A DNA stretch of 64,000 nucleotides, taken from the NCBI GenBank assembly GCA_951406725.2, contig OX597828.1:16120001-16184000 (forward strand), written 5' to 3'. The position numbers and the translations under genes are program-made. The DNA is from Octopus vulgaris (Eukaryota). Of this stretch, positions 41,691 to 56,911 are shown in pieces. Numbering within the stretch: position 1 is the stretch's first letter; each line of letters begins with the position of its first letter. The notes beneath the pieces were generated by a model. It had not been told where the DNA came from. It saw nothing but the letters and a program-made list of their open reading frames with translations, and made no database searches.

Positions 41691-42165
41691 TTTCTTCTAA
41701 ACCAAAAAAAACAAAAAAAAAACACCATCAGCAATAACAAGGAAACTTGAAGGCGCCATGCCTAGTAAAATAACAACATCAACAACAACAACAATAGTAA
41801 CAGCAGCAAAAACAACAATTAAAAGAACAACAATCACATCAGAGGAGGGATTAGTTACAAATCTTCGCGGTAAGACAATTTGGTGCCCATTCAGAAAACT
41901 ATGAAGTTGTTGTGTTGGTCAATAGAGATTAGATTAGATGAGAATGAAAAACAAAAACCACAAAAAACAAAGAAAATAAGGAAACAAAGCAAAGCAACAA
42001 TAACAGCGAATGCCTTCCCTGTCTTTATTTTGTTTCATTCTTTGTGTCTATGTCTGTCTGTCTGTCACTTACCTTTCTGACACGCACTGTCATGTACACA
42101 AACACAGATACACACACAAACACACATATGAGTAGGATGGAGAAAGAGAGACAGAAGGAGAGAGG

Positions 42166-42197
<32 letters not shown>

Positions 42198-42380
42198 AGA
42201 GAGATTAAAGGGAAACAAGTAGAAAGTCTGAGAGCATTTCATATAATGGTCACCATTATTCTTGGCATCATCACTGTGGCATTGTTAAAAATAAAATAAA
42301 AGGAACTATTATCTCAATTAGGGTGTAGCTTCGATTCGACCCACTTCCCTCTATATATGTTATACGTATGCTTATACATG

Positions 42381-42422
<42 letters not shown>

Positions 42423-42644
42423 ATGTCTCCATAATAGACATTATGTGTCAGAAAAGAGAATTGTTCATAAAGAGATGTTTTTTTTTAATTCTAAAACTCA
42501 TTTCAAATGTTGAAGAGACACCACACCCAATATGGAAGTAAAAGAAGAAAGACAAAACGATAAAAACAAAACAACAACCACACAAACGCATGAACCCAAA
42601 ATAGAAATAAAGAACATAAATAAATAAATACATAAATTAAAAAT

Positions 42645-42686
<42 letters not shown>

Positions 42687-43322
42687 GAAGGAAGACAGAA
42701 AGAAAGAAAGGAAGAAAGGAATGAGATGGGAAAACATTTGGAAGTAATTTAGGGTAAATGCAATATTTCAATTTGAACTTTAGGATACTGGAATCAGTCA
42801 CATTGAGAGGGTCTCCATTCTTTGAGCAGAATAGATTTTCTTTCAAGGAGGAAACATATAACACTCTAATAGTCCTCGATAATTCTCGTGTAATTCAGGA
42901 ATCCCAGCTGAGAGCAGTTAAAAATAAATAACTCAGTTAACGTATAATAATTTCTGCGTTTTTGTTTTATATATTGTTTGTTTTTTCTTTTGCTCGCTGT
43001 GTGACTTAATTTAGATTTTTTGACACCAAATATTCTCTCCACCTTAAAGCACTTTAAAATGAAGTTACGGTATATACTACACACACACATTTATTTACAT
43101 GCATGCATACACACAAGCACTGGCACACACACGTATGTATGTATGTGTGTGTATATATATATATATTTATACAGATGCGCATCCGTATATAAAGGCGCAT
43201 ATAGATACACATATATACTTTTAACTTCATTACAGCTCGTATATTCTTAACTTCAAAATTACCATCTTAAGTTTCATTACAATTTTCAGATATATATGTA
43301 TGTCTCGCTCTCTCTCTCTCCC

Positions 43323-43403
<81 letters not shown>

Positions 43404-43454
43404 CTATATATATATATATATATAACTGTCTGGATATTTTGCGTTCCTGTCCCA

Positions 43455-43840
43455 TGTTTGCTGTGTGGTAAGTAGCTTGCTAACCAACCACATGGTGCCG
43501 GGTTCAGTCCCACTGCGTGGCATCTTGGGCAAGTGTCTTCTGCTATAGCCCCGGGCCGACCAATGACTTGTGAGTGAATTTGGTAGACGGAAACTGAAAG
43601 AAGCCTGTCGTATATATGTTTATATATATATGTGTGTGTTTGTGTGTCTGTGTTTGTCCCCCTAGCATTGCTTGACAACCGATGCTGGTGTGTTTACGTC
43701 CCCGTCACTTAGCGGTTCGGCAAAAGAGACCGATAGAATAAGTACTGGGCTTACAAAGAATAAGTCCCGGGGTCGATTTGCTCGACTAAAGGTGGTGCTC
43801 CAGCATGGCCGCAGTCAAATGACTGAAACAAGTAAAAGAG
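43455..43840 (+). mobile_element. SINE family A, near full length, with short internal microsatellite
   Basis: Colinear with 41135-41628. Confidence 0.9.
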
Positions 43841-43880
43841 TATGTATGTATGTATGTATGTATGTATGTATGTATGTATG

Positions 43881-43916
<36 letters not shown>

Positions 43917-44011
43917 TATATAGTCTTTTATCTTTATTAGAACTTTATATATTTCTTAGTCAGGAATACTATCAATGTTTTTGGAGGGTTTACTCTCTCT
44001 CTCTCTCTTTG

Positions 44012-44103
<92 letters not shown>

Positions 44104-44429
44104 CCTACTTATCTATCTATCTATCTTTCTATTTTTTTAATTTAGGGAAATTCTAATTTTGTTTCATATCTTTAAGAGACAATCTCTCTTTGACATTAAT
44201 GATCAGCGATAACAACCCTCAACCAAACAAATACAACAAGAGAGAAAAAAAAAAAAAATAAAAACACGGAAAAAAATAACGAAACAAATAAAAAGAACTG
44301 AAAAGTTGTTCTAATTTTGCTCTATTTTTAATTGGTCCTAGATTAGTAATGATTTGAGCATACTAATGTTTAAAGGAATTCAAACTGATTATTCAGTCTT
44401 TGTTTTAGGTATAAATGTAGCAAGAAATG

Positions 44430-44735
44430 GGGGCGCATGGCTTAATGGTTAGTGTGTTTGGCATTCGATCATAAAGTCATGTATTCGATTCGTATCGGCG
44501 CGTTGTGTTCTTGAGCAACACACTTTGTGTCACTTTGCTCCAGTTCACTCAGATGGCAAAAATGGGTAGTACGTGTATTTCAAAGGGCCAGTCTTTTTAC
44601 TTTCTGTATTACGCTGAATTTCACCTAGCACTACGTTAACTGTACGCGTGTCTGTGAAATACTCAGCCAGTTGCACATTAATTTCAAGAGCGGGCTGTCT
44701 CGTTGATCGGAACCCTTGTCATCGTAGCCGACGTC
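44430..44735 (+). mobile_element. SINE family C with tail shared with SINE B at 10060
   Basis: ggcgcatggcttaatggttag head; tail matches 10230-10355. Confidence 0.75.
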
Positions 44736-44764
44736 GAGTTTGGTTTCAAAGGTAGCCAGACTGC

Positions 44765-44818
<54 letters not shown>

Positions 44819-44859
44819 TACATTATTTATATTCGACGGATATTTGTCCTCATTTTGTT

Positions 44860-44907
44860 TGTTAACAACGTTTCGGCTAATATACCCTCTAGGCTTCATC
44901 AGGTGTC
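44860..44907 (-). ncRNA. Minimal hammerhead motif (partly degenerate)
   Basis: gacac-CTGATGA-agcctaga...ttagcc-GAAA-CG-TT. Confidence 0.6.
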
Positions 44908-44963
44908 TTGGGGAAATTTCGAACTTGGGTTCTCATTCCTAAGGTATATTATTATTATTATTA

Positions 44964-45020
<57 letters not shown>

Positions 45021-45023
<3 letters not shown>

Positions 45024-45086
45024 AGTCACTGCCTGGAATCGAATTGGGTTAGTAGCCCGTGCTCTTAACCACTACGCCATATACCA
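45021..45086 (-). promoter_or_regulatory. tRNA-like Pol III promoter segment
   Basis: tggcgtagtggttaagagcacgggctactaaccc...ttcgattcc: A box intact, B box eroded. Confidence 0.55.
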
Positions 45087-45709
45087 TGGGCAATTATGGA
45101 GTTAATTTTAGGGCTTATAAATCTAATATTTTCCTATCCTTCCTTAATACCAGTTCCCATATGCTACTCATATCGACACTCGGTCTGCTTAAGCGGTTGT
45201 TGTGTCGTAGCATCTGTGCTGCTTCTTTTAGTTTTCGTATTTTCCAGTGGTTTCTCTGTCTATTATTTTAACTTCATCCCACAGGGGCAGGTAGTCTTCA
45301 TTTTTCCATGCATTTTTCTATACCCGATTATATCAATATCTCCTCATGTCACAGCTTTGCGATGTTCCTCTACCATTATTTTGAGAGGGCGGCATGTTTC
45401 GCCTTTGAATAACCTACCACAGCTGCATGGGATGGAGCACACGCAGCTTTTGGTCATATTCTCTTCTATTGGTGGTTTTACCCGAAGGAGATATTTGCGA
45501 AGTGTTGTATTTACGTTAGGTTAACCCTTGAGGGTTAGGATTAGGGTTAGGTTTAGGGAGATTTCGTTAATATTTCTACCAGACTGTGCAACGACGTTGA
45601 TGTTTCCAATTCTTTGGTTTTGTTGTAAAAGTCATCTTTTATTTATTCATTTCAAACGATCGAGAGTGTCTTAAAGTTGCAATAATCTTGCAGTTTTATA
45701 CGAGTTTCA

Positions 45710-46215
45710 TCTCTATATCTATAAACGGCAAAATGTCTGTGTGACTGTGTGTCTGTGTGTCCTTTATACAAATCCACAGTTTTTCACGTAAAAAGCTCGC
45801 GTTTTCTATGGGCTTTCAAAACTGTCTGAGGATGGTTGTGAAGATCTTTTTCTTTCCCCAGTCACCCCAGAAAGCCATTAAAAATCGATAAACCGACCCC
45901 TTATGCCCATAAGTTATTTTGCGGCCAAATTCGAGTTTTTCGCTTTCTTCTGCCTACTTTTTTGTCCGACTAATGGCATGTGTACAGTCCCGTAAATTTT
46001 CCATGTTTATGCCATTCCAGGTGTGAAAACCGAAGTCCAATGAATATTAATTACTCTCATAAAAAGCTCCAACTAGTTCATAAACAACAAAACTGGCTCG
46101 GGATGAAATGTGATAAGAAACTTAGCTCTTGATTTAGTGAGAAATTTTTACTGCGACCCGGCATCGAACAAGAAGCACTAGCACTAGACCCGGCGACACC
46201 GGGTCATAGTGTTAG
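45710..46215 (+). mobile_element. Non-autonomous Helitron, second subfamily
   Basis: 5' tctatatctataaacggca + tgtctg repeats as at 60139; 3' hairpin gacccggcgacaccgggtc followed by gttag. Confidence 0.65.
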
Positions 46216-47029
46216 TCTTTCACTATGACATCTTTGGAATAACAAATGAAATTCTAGCCTCGATGTTTGGAATAACCAATGAATTCTGGTCTCAATTCAT
46301 CAGTTCAATTTTAAAATCTGCTGTTTAGAAACGAGGTTAACGAGTTGCAGCGATGACGAATCAGCGCCCAGAAGAGCCGAAAATGATACACAATGACGTT
46401 AAAACCGCCAAGCATACACACGAATCATGGAAGCCTTTATCCGTTCACTCGATCTGTTAAAAATAATACCCAAATCTTTGTCAAACAGGAATTAAATTTC
46501 TGTAAAAATTGTATTGAAACCTTTGCCATGGTTCCACTAAAACCATGTCTTTCACACGTGGAATGTTACATTTAATGAGGTAGGACTTGTTTTCCCTTAA
46601 AAAAAATAGACTAACATGCCTTCTTAAAAAATAAAAAGATAGATTGGATGATATGATCTAAGATCTGCTCGTGAGAAGAATACAGGATGGTCATGCCTGG
46701 AAGGTCTTCACTCATAGGTCTGTTCGGTTAGGGGGATAATTTGGGATAAAGACGAACAACGACAGTGGCATCGAATCGACGACGACGACGACAATGGTGG
46801 CAACGACCGCGGCGGCTGCGGCGGCTGCAGCAAGGAGGTAGCCCCTATGTGGTTACTCAAGTTGCTACAAATAACTGCCAAACCTCCCTCGAATTATACC
46901 CTACCGTCAAAAAATAATGATATTGGGTAGTGCCATCTTGCATTCCAGTACATAGAGAAAATGTAGTATGGTTATGAATAAAAAGGTTTCTTATTATAGG
47001 TCAACTCGATCAAGGCTGAAATGAGGCTC

Positions 47030-47087
<58 letters not shown>

Positions 47088-47107
47088 GCAGCAGCAGCAG
47101 CAGCAGC

Positions 47108-47149
<42 letters not shown>

Positions 47150-47684
47150 AACAACAACTACAGCAACAACAACAACACCGACAAGCACTGTAAGCCAAAA
47201 TGCACAATATAGCATCCTACTAATAAAAAATAAACAGTGTATATCTGCAACTGCGCGCCTGTGGATCGAACCTTAGGCGTTTAGTGTACTTTGCAGGTGT
47301 TATAATGCTATTACTAAATGAGTAATATGTCTTCAGGAAACCTCCGTACAAATCTCCACCAAACGAAAAATAAAAAATAAAATGAGAGGTTCGTTTCAAA
47401 CAAGTAACCAAATATTTCTCAAACCATTATGATAACTCGTCTTAGAAAACGACAAAATCGAAAAAAGAAAGGAAGCCCGCAAAAAAAAAAGAAGGCTTCT
47501 GATAATTTAGTCAACAGATGGGATTGTCACCTCTAGAATGCCTTTGATCGTGAAACTGCTCGACCAAAGCTGACCTGGGGCAACGCAACATACATGACAA
47601 AAACTCCAAACACACACACACAAAATTTCTTTCACAGATATTCCATTTACAAACTCTATCTTTCACCATTCTCCAACACGGGCA

Positions 47685-48195
<511 letters not shown>

Positions 48196-48490
48196 GCCAA
48201 TTTTTTTTCCCACTTATACTGTGTTCTACGTTATAACTTGGGAGCGATACATAAAACCAAACGTCTGCATGTGTTTCCTGCTCAACATTTCTCACCCGTA
48301 CCTATTTTATCTCTCAGCATCATTATCTGACAACAATTCTATATGGGTTGACAGTCTTCTTTCTATCTAATTATCACGTGTGTTTATACACACACACACA
48401 AACACACACGCACGCACGCACAAACACACACACACACATACATATATGTATATAGGTATATATGTCTATATGTATATCTATATATGTACG

Positions 48491-48521
<31 letters not shown>

Positions 48522-48588
48522 GTACGTATATATGTACATATATATATGTATATATATATATGTATATATATAAATATAAATATATATA

Positions 48589-48629
<41 letters not shown>

Positions 48630-48732
48630 GCATATATATATATATACACACATGCATGCACACGCATACGCACGCACACACAGACACACACACGCACACA
48701 TATATATGACAATCTTCCTATCTAATTATCTC

Positions 48733-48775
<43 letters not shown>

Positions 48776-48967
48776 AATGTATGTATATATGTATGTATGT
48801 ATCACCTTTTGTATATGTGAGTGTGTGTGTGTGTGTGCATGTGTGTGTTTGAACGAATGCTTGTATTGTGAGTTCGTGGAAACACAAACATACGTATCAA
48901 TATACAATATATGTATGTATGTGCCTGTGTATGTATCTTCATGCCTATATATACATATATATATATA

Positions 48968-49017
<50 letters not shown>

Positions 49018-49593
49018 TGTGTATGCATTTATGTATAGTCGTTTGCAGAGCTTTCTTTTCGCAATCCCATTGAACTTCACATTTCATTTACCACAGTACA
49101 GCGTGCCTAGAATAAATTAATCAAAACTATCTCCCGTTTAAAAAGGGTTCCGGGAATGTTAATGCTAACTACGTGTCTTGTCCCTCCCACATTCCGCCAT
49201 GACTAAACAACTGGAATATGTAGGGGCGTTCTCGCTCTTTATATCAGCCATATATATCACTACTTGACTGAATGGTTAAGAAGATATCTTTGAAACCCCG
49301 TGGTTCCTGGTTCGATTTTATTACGCGATATCTTGGAAATAATGTTTTTTTTCTATCGTAAGAAAGATGTGATTTGAATTTTCCGAGTTATTTTTGTTTT
49401 CGGCTGTCCTCGGTAGGTTTCGGTGGTTTTGGGAATAGTAGAGACGTAGATGTGTATAAAGAATAAAGAGCAATAATGTTTTTTTTATGCTAGTCATTCA
49501 GTCATCTGTTGATGAAAGTGAAATGTGTATACATAATTTTATGCACATATTTTCACTAGAAACTTGGAAGCATTCCCAGTGAAAAGTATCCAC

Positions 49594-49651
<58 letters not shown>

Positions 49652-49897
49652 GTGTGTGTGTATAAGTATGTAAATATATATAAATATATGCCAGTGTGTA
49701 TGTATGTGTGTGTTTTAAAACTTTTCTCAAAGCCAAAACAATGCAAGTTATAAGAAAGTCGATAGTTTGAAGCTTTACGTTCTATTTCAGTATATTGTCT
49801 GTTAGGAGCCCTCTTAAGGAAATTTTCGGAGAAAAACTGCTGAGGGTTCACTTGTCTGTTCCACGTATAAGTAAGTATAAATATATAAATATATATA

Positions 49898-50143
49898 CAA
49901 GGGGAGTTTACGAACAAAACAAAAGACGAAAACTGGTGGTGTAGAAAACAAACAGATGTATTAGTATAACGCTCAGGAATAGAAAAAGTCTTTTACGTTT
50001 CGAGCCTACGCTCTTCTACAGAAAGTACACAGAAAAAACAAGGAGAGAAACAAGGAGAGAAAAAATGGAGAGAAAACACAAGGAGAGAAAAAAAACAAGG
50101 AGAGAAAAAATGTGTGTAGTGGCTAACGATCTATCATGGCGAC
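49898..50143 (-). mobile_element. Short dispersed element carrying a variant hammerhead (49990-50025)
   Basis: Reverse complement of 54703-54895; related to 60570-60755; sits in (TA)n context. Confidence 0.75.
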
Positions 50144-50202
50144 TCATGATATACTATATATATATACTATTTATAAACTATAAATATATATATATATATA
50201 CA

Positions 50203-51432
50203 CAAGGTGCATTCGTAAGATATTTGAGGACAGATTTATGTTTATAAAAAAATAGATATATAATAGCAGATAATAACTTTATTTACCAAAAAATGCTATG
50301 AAGATAAAATTATACCTTTTCTACAATGGTATTCAATAAAACCACATTCAACTTCAACAACTGCTTCTGTATGAGATCTAAATCATCTACATGCTCGAAT
50401 CAAGTGGTCCTGGATAATTTTGGGCATTACTCTGACTACGGCAGATTTCAGAGTATCTTTGGTGTTATGGGCGTGTTCATTGCCCTCTCACTCAAAAACG
50501 CTCCGCATTTGATAGTTCAATCTGGGGAATTAGGAGGCCAAATGTTAAGGGCTATATGATCATGACAATTTTCAGCCATCGATTCCTGTGTTATTAGAGC
50601 CATGTGCGATAGTGCAGAGTCTTACTGAAACACATATGGCCTTCCATTGCATACACTGTCTATCCAGGGCTTAACAATTATTTCCAGAGCTTCAATGAAT
50701 GCGACAGAGTTAACTCTAAGGCCTTGTGGAAAGAAGTAAGGAGAAATCACATGTACTTCATTGCTGACAAACCCTAAAATTATGACAGTTGCAGGAAATT
50801 TTGTATGCATAACACTTGGAAGCACATAACCATCTGTCATTTCTTCTGTTAACTTTTTGATTTTGGCCGAAGTTTTTCTCGTTTGAGAAAAGCAAGATCA
50901 AATCTTCTGATGGATTTTTCAGTTTGTTTAAGAGCCTTTTAGATCTGATGTAGTGATTTTCTTTTGCTTTATCTGACAAATTGACCTTTCCCCATCTTAT
51001 AACACTTATATCTGATGTCTTCGTGGACAACATTTCTGACTGTTCTTTCTGTCACCTGGAGGTCTTTTGCAATAGACCTCATGGACTTTCTGGGATTGTA
51101 ATCAATGATCTGTTGGGATAAATTCAGATGTTCTGATGATTTCAGAGCATTTAGAATGCTTTTTATGCTTTGATACTGCTGATACATTTCCATCTTCAGT
51201 CTCTAACTCCTTATAACTTTGTGAACGAAAGATCTGACAAATCTTAAAAATCGAGATATTTCTAAATCGCTATGCTCAGCTTTTATAATCACAATAACAG
51301 CATACTTCTTCATTTCCTGAGTAAGCTGATGGTCTGCCATTATTATTTTCTGAAACAAAGATTATACAGAGTTAGCAAAAAGTACAGCAATGACCTAAAA
51401 ATTGTATGTCCTCAAATAACTTACGCACCCTG
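50203..51432 (-). mobile_element. Tc1/mariner superfamily relic, maT/DD37D-like
   Basis: Imperfect TIRs cagggtgcgtaagttatttgaggaca; remnants FSNEKNF..NRRNDRW, YVFQ*DSALSH and WPPNSPD. Confidence 0.8.
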
Positions 51433-52023
51433 TATGTATGTATGTATGTATGTATGTATGTATGTATGTATGTATGTATGTATGTATGTATGTATGTATA
51501 TATACACATATATACACATACATACATATATACATACATAAATACAAATATCCATATGCACACACCTATATGTGTGCGTTTATATGTATACATGCTTATA
51601 TAGTATACATACATACGTACATACATATGTATACACACACGCACACGCATACATAATATATGTATGTATATGAATGCGCGTATATATATATATATATATA
51701 ATTTATTATATAAACATACGTACATATATCCGCATAAACTCACATTCGCACGCATACTTACATATATATGAATATATCATAAAAAGCTTGGTATTTTGTT
51801 TAGCCATACTCAAGAGAGCATGGCTAAACAAAATGTCTTGGAAAATGAAGAATAGACATTTAAATACATCCGAAGAAAAAATCAGAGGATAATTGGACCG
51901 GGAGGAGACGAAAAGTTGGAAAAGGTTAGACTGAATTGATTGTAGTGGTCATAGAACGAATAGAAGATAATTCCAAATAAGGAGATGTAGTTGTTAATAA
52001 TATTATGTGCGAATTAAAAAAAA

Positions 52024-52475
52024 CGGCGAGCTGGCAGAATCGTAAGCACGCCTGGCAAAATGCTTAGCGGCATTTCGTTCGTCTTTACATTCTGGGTTCA
52101 AATTCTGCCAATGTCAGCATTGCCTTTTATCCTTTCGGAATCTATAAAATATATACCAGGTGATTACTGGCGTCGATGTAATCGACTTATACCCTTTCCC
52201 CGAACTCGCTGGTCTTGCACCAACATTTGAAATTAATATTACGTTCGAATGCCAAAAGCGAGGAGCTAGAAGAATCGTTAGCATGGTTAAATGCTAAGCA
52301 GCATTTCCGTCCGTCTTTACGTTCGAATTCAGCCGAGGTCGACTTTGCCTTTTATCCTTTCGGGGTCGATGAAATAAGAACATGAGTACCAGCCATGTAC
52401 TAGTGTTGACGCAATCGAGTTACCGTCCCCGTCCCAAAATTGCTGGCCTTGTAACAAAATTTGAAACCAGCATTA
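52024..52475 (+). mobile_element. Two tandem SINE family D copies
   Basis: Heads at 52024 and ~52258. Confidence 0.8.
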
Positions 52476-52929
52476 TGTGTGAATGTATGGGTAAATATTC
52501 ACATTTGCAAAAATAAATATAAGTTAATTAAAAGAAATAAAATAAATATATATTACATTAGCAGGTAATAAGCGTTATACTGAACACTTGGTTACTAGGA
52601 ATGGTTCTCAGATTGGTGATCTCGATGCTTTATACATTTACCGTCCTGTTTTGACACCAACACGTCCAAAACCACTCTTTGTTCTATAATGCAAACTCTA
52701 TGTCTTAAAGGGCTTTAAATTAAAACTTTCTATCTAAATTTCGTGTCAATTTATATTCGAAACACCAGAGTGATAATCACAAAACTATATTTTTAAGTTG
52801 TTCGTTGTTTTTGAAATCTATGGAAACAATGTCAGTATATTTGAATGGGAATATGACAAAAGAATAAACTTATTTCACGACTTTCTTTCTTTCTGGCAGT
52901 AAATTTTGAGTTGACGTTAAGCTACAAAC

Positions 52930-53520
52930 CTTTCTAATTTTTTCAAAATCTTGGGTTATTCTATGACTACCGAATGCCATTTAAAAGAAGTAAATTTCCT
53001 CAATGTAATTCTAAATAAAATCCCTACAAAATCCCCAATAAGATGTTACAATACCTTTAATAAATATTGAAGCCATTTTGTTAGTGTTGTCAATAATTTA
53101 GTCGAAAAATTCGTTTCGAAAAAATTCGAAAGAATTCGCCGAAAAAATCCGAAAGAATTTCGTTGAAAAAATTCGTTTCTAGTTTATTATCCTCCGATGA
53201 GCATCTACAGATATAAAATTTTATAATGGAACACTTAGAACTACTTTTCTGAAGAAGGGTTATATTTTTTTGTAAAAATACTATCTGATTATACGTATGC
53301 CTTCCACCAATATAGAAACAGACACGTCAAATGGCTTAATCCTCCTTTTAATCAGAAGTTATTACGCTTACGGCCAAACAGTTTTTCAAAGTTTTCGACA
53401 CTTCATTTTTAAGTCATAAGATACTGAGTTAATATAACAGAAAAAACTATTCTGAATACAATACTAACTAAACCAGCTCTGAAAATTAAAATCATATTAT
53501 GATCACCCAAACTCTACTAA
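52930..53520 (+). pseudogene. Highly degraded Penelope-like RT/linker remnant
   Basis: VNFLNVILN and RNRHVKWLNPPFN...KQFFKVF resemble the FLDV and WFNPPF motifs of Penelope-like ORFs. Confidence 0.5.
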
Positions 53521-54076
53521 CTGTAACTGTACCAATATATGCCCATTATAATGAAGTTGTCAAGGACAACAAACTGATATTTACAAGTCAGTTAAAACCA
53601 ATTTCATCTTCTTCTCTTATATCAGCCAAACCACCAACTCCTTCAAACGAAGATTTAATTTGCATTTACATTCATTTCAGAACCTTAACAGAAAACTCTT
53701 TTCTTATGCCATTGTCTTATTTGTAGTCGTTAATGCCTTCTAAGTCATCTTTCCTAATCAACTAGATAATTCTCTTATATGCTAAACCAGACATCTGTAA
53801 TAACGGGACTCGTCGATAATGTAATCATGTTCTTAAAACTCCAGGTTTTCAATAGGTAGTCGAAATTGGTCTCTCTTGGAGACATGGTCTATTATGCAAT
53901 TAGATGTAAACTTCCACATAATCTACGAAGTTTCCTTACAGAACATGCACATCACTACTACTCTTTTCTCATTGACCTCTTTCCAGAATATATATATATA
54001 TATATATATATAACTTTGATAATTTTGATAGGTTTCGACGAGTATAGGCCCAGGCCACGTTTAACTTAATAGAACT

Positions 54077-54212
54077 AAGCGGCGAGCTGGCAGAATCATT
54101 AGCACTCCTGGCAAAATGCTTGGCGGCATTTCGTTCGTCTTTACGTTCTGAGTTCAAATTCCGCCAATGTCAGCTTTGCTTTTTATCCTTTCAGAATCCA
54201 TAAAATATATAC
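54077..54212 (+). mobile_element. SINE family D, 3' truncated, close relative of the 52024 copy
   Basis: Shares the private variants gccaatgtcagc and gaatc.ataaaatatatac. Confidence 0.75.
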
Positions 54213-54275
54213 AACCACCTGGATTATACATATATATATATTTTTAACTTTGATAATTTTGATATATATGTATAC

Positions 54276-54334
<59 letters not shown>

Positions 54335-54396
54335 AATTAAGAGAATGAGATAAAAATCCAAGGGTGTGAAAGATTTTAGAACATTTATAAAGAGAA

Positions 54397-54445
54397 AGAC
54401 TTACAGCTGTTTCCGGGATATTTTATATATCCCTTCATCGGAGAC
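54397..54445 (-). ncRNA. Hammerhead motif with one core change (CCGATGA)
   Basis: ct-CCGATGA-a-gggatat/atatccc-g-GAAA-CAGCTG-TA-ag. Confidence 0.6.
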
Positions 54446-54561
54446 GGTGTGAGAAAATGGTTGAGCAATAGTTGTTCTAGAGAAGCTATGAAATAGAGAG
54501 TGAAGTGGAGGAATCAAAACAGACGTGAGATATGCAACGATTTTGTATCCGTAGTTCCATT

Positions 54562-54661
<100 letters not shown>

Positions 54662-54702
54662 GTGTGTTTGCGTATATATATATTTATTTATGTATGTATA
54701 TA

Positions 54703-55003
<301 letters not shown>

Positions 55004-55005
55004 GT

Positions 55006-55159
55006 AGGCGCAGGCATTGCAGTATGCTTCAGAATATCCGTTTGCAATCATGTAGTTCCAATCTCAGTCCCACTACCGTGCCGACCAATGCCTTGTAGGT
55101 GAATTAGGGAGCCAGAAATTGTGTGGTAGCCCTTCGTGTGAGTGTGGTGTATATGTGAG

Positions 55160-55190
<31 letters not shown>

Positions 55191-55430
55191 TGGTGTATGT
55201 GGCACTCTGTGTGTGTGCACTGTACTTGTCTTTGTATTTATATTTGTCCCCTTATTACTTTATTTATTTGTCTCCGGTATGTTAGAAGTTCGGCAAACCA
55301 AAGAGCTTCATCGAATAAGTACCAGGCTGAAAATATGAATTCGGGGGTCGAATTTTTTTCAACTAAACCCTTAAAGGCTGCACCACAGCATGACCGCACT
55401 CTAATAACCGAAACAAGTAAAAAGAGAAAA
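55006..55430 (+). mobile_element. Degenerate SINE family A
   Basis: ggcgcaggcat head, internal (TG)n, ...gaaacaagtaaaaag tail. Confidence 0.6.
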
Positions 55431-56127
55431 AAATACAATGTGCGTGTGCGTGTGTGTGCGCGCGCTCGCATGATTCGTGTTGCGTGTACAGTTATACAAC
55501 CCCTCATGTATATATGTATATATATGTGTGTGTGTGTATGTGTGCTTGCGTGATTCGTGTTGCCTGTCAAGTAATACAACCCCTCATGTATATATGTATA
55601 TATATATATATACACCTATATATATATATGTGTTTGTGTGTGTGTGAATGTGTGTGAATGTGTGTGTGTATTTATATCTATGTACATCTCTATTTGTATC
55701 TCTATTCTTATCATTCCTGTTCATCATTTATTTATCTCAGCTTGGCTTTTTTTTTCCGTATCTAGATTTCTATTTGTGATTTATTTGCTTTCCAGCTATT
55801 TAATCCCAGCCTCTTCCCAGTCAATGTTAATTTAATTTTTTTAAATTTAATTTTCTTTTTGTTAGATGTTTAATTTCTAAAGAAAATTTTTGTAACTTTT
55901 TCTATCATTACATACCATCTCATTATTACCTATTATTTGTATAATATATTTTTATGATTTGTATGATTTTATACATACATAAATACACACACACACATAC
56001 ATACACATATATATGTATATATATACATATATATATATATAACTTTGCATAAAACATATCGCAGAGACAACTTGTATTATTGTATTCCCTCTTCATGATT
56101 TTGTATCCCTATTTAGTTTTCATTCAG

Positions 56128-56360
56128 TTCTTCTTCTTCTTCTTCTTCTTCTTCTTCTTCTTCTTCTTCTTCTTCTTCTTCTCCTTCTTCTTCTTCTTCA
56201 TCCTCCTTCTTCTTCTTCTTCTTCTTCTTCTTCTTCTTCTTCTTCTTCTTCTTCTTCTCCTCCACCTTCTTCTTCTTCTTCTTCTTCTTCTTCTTCTTCT
56301 TCTTCTTCTCCTCCTCCTCCTCCTCCTCCTCCTCCTCCTCCTCCTCCTTCTTCTTCTTCG
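56128..56360. repeat. (TTC)n/(CTC)n microsatellite
   Basis: Read directly. Confidence 0.95.
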
Positions 56361-56911
56361 CCTCCTGCTCCTCCTCTCCTCGACTGTTTATCTTTATTCG
56401 CTATCTTTGTTGACATTTAATCTGTATATATTTTTTTTCTTCACCTTTCTCGCATTATCTACCATTTAGTTATTTAATTATTTACTTACTTATTTATTTA
56501 TTTATCTATCTATTTATTTACTCCTTTCTTTAAAACTCTTATTGCTATCATTTTGATCTGCACTGTTTCACCTCTCCCTAAGCTCCTCCTCTTCTCCGTT
56601 GGAATCTTTACTCATTTCTTGTTCTACTCATATTATCTTCTCTGTAACCTAACCATTTTTTTGTTCTGTTGTATATTGCAGTCATCTTGTGTATTATATG
56701 AGTCATCCCATATTTTTATATATCCCTATATAATTTTCTGTTATATAACTTCGAAATATTCTTTAATTAATAACCCCTGTTAAACAATCCTCAACTGTAC
56801 TGGCAATCCCCATACACTCGTTCCTATATCATCCCTTTATTAATCCCCATATCTTATTTTCTATAACCGGATTGTTAAGCTGATCTTATTCATTCATCTA
56901 ATAATAAATTA

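Larger units (their letters stand above)
44812..45510 (-). mobile_element. Penelope-like element 3' part: GIY-YIG remnant, tRNA-like segment, (TAA)n and hammerhead
   Basis: Minus strand translates KSCVCSIPCSCGRLFKGETCRPLKIMVEEH and HWKIRKLKEA (GIY-YIG-like); downstream motifs as listed. Confidence 0.8.
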
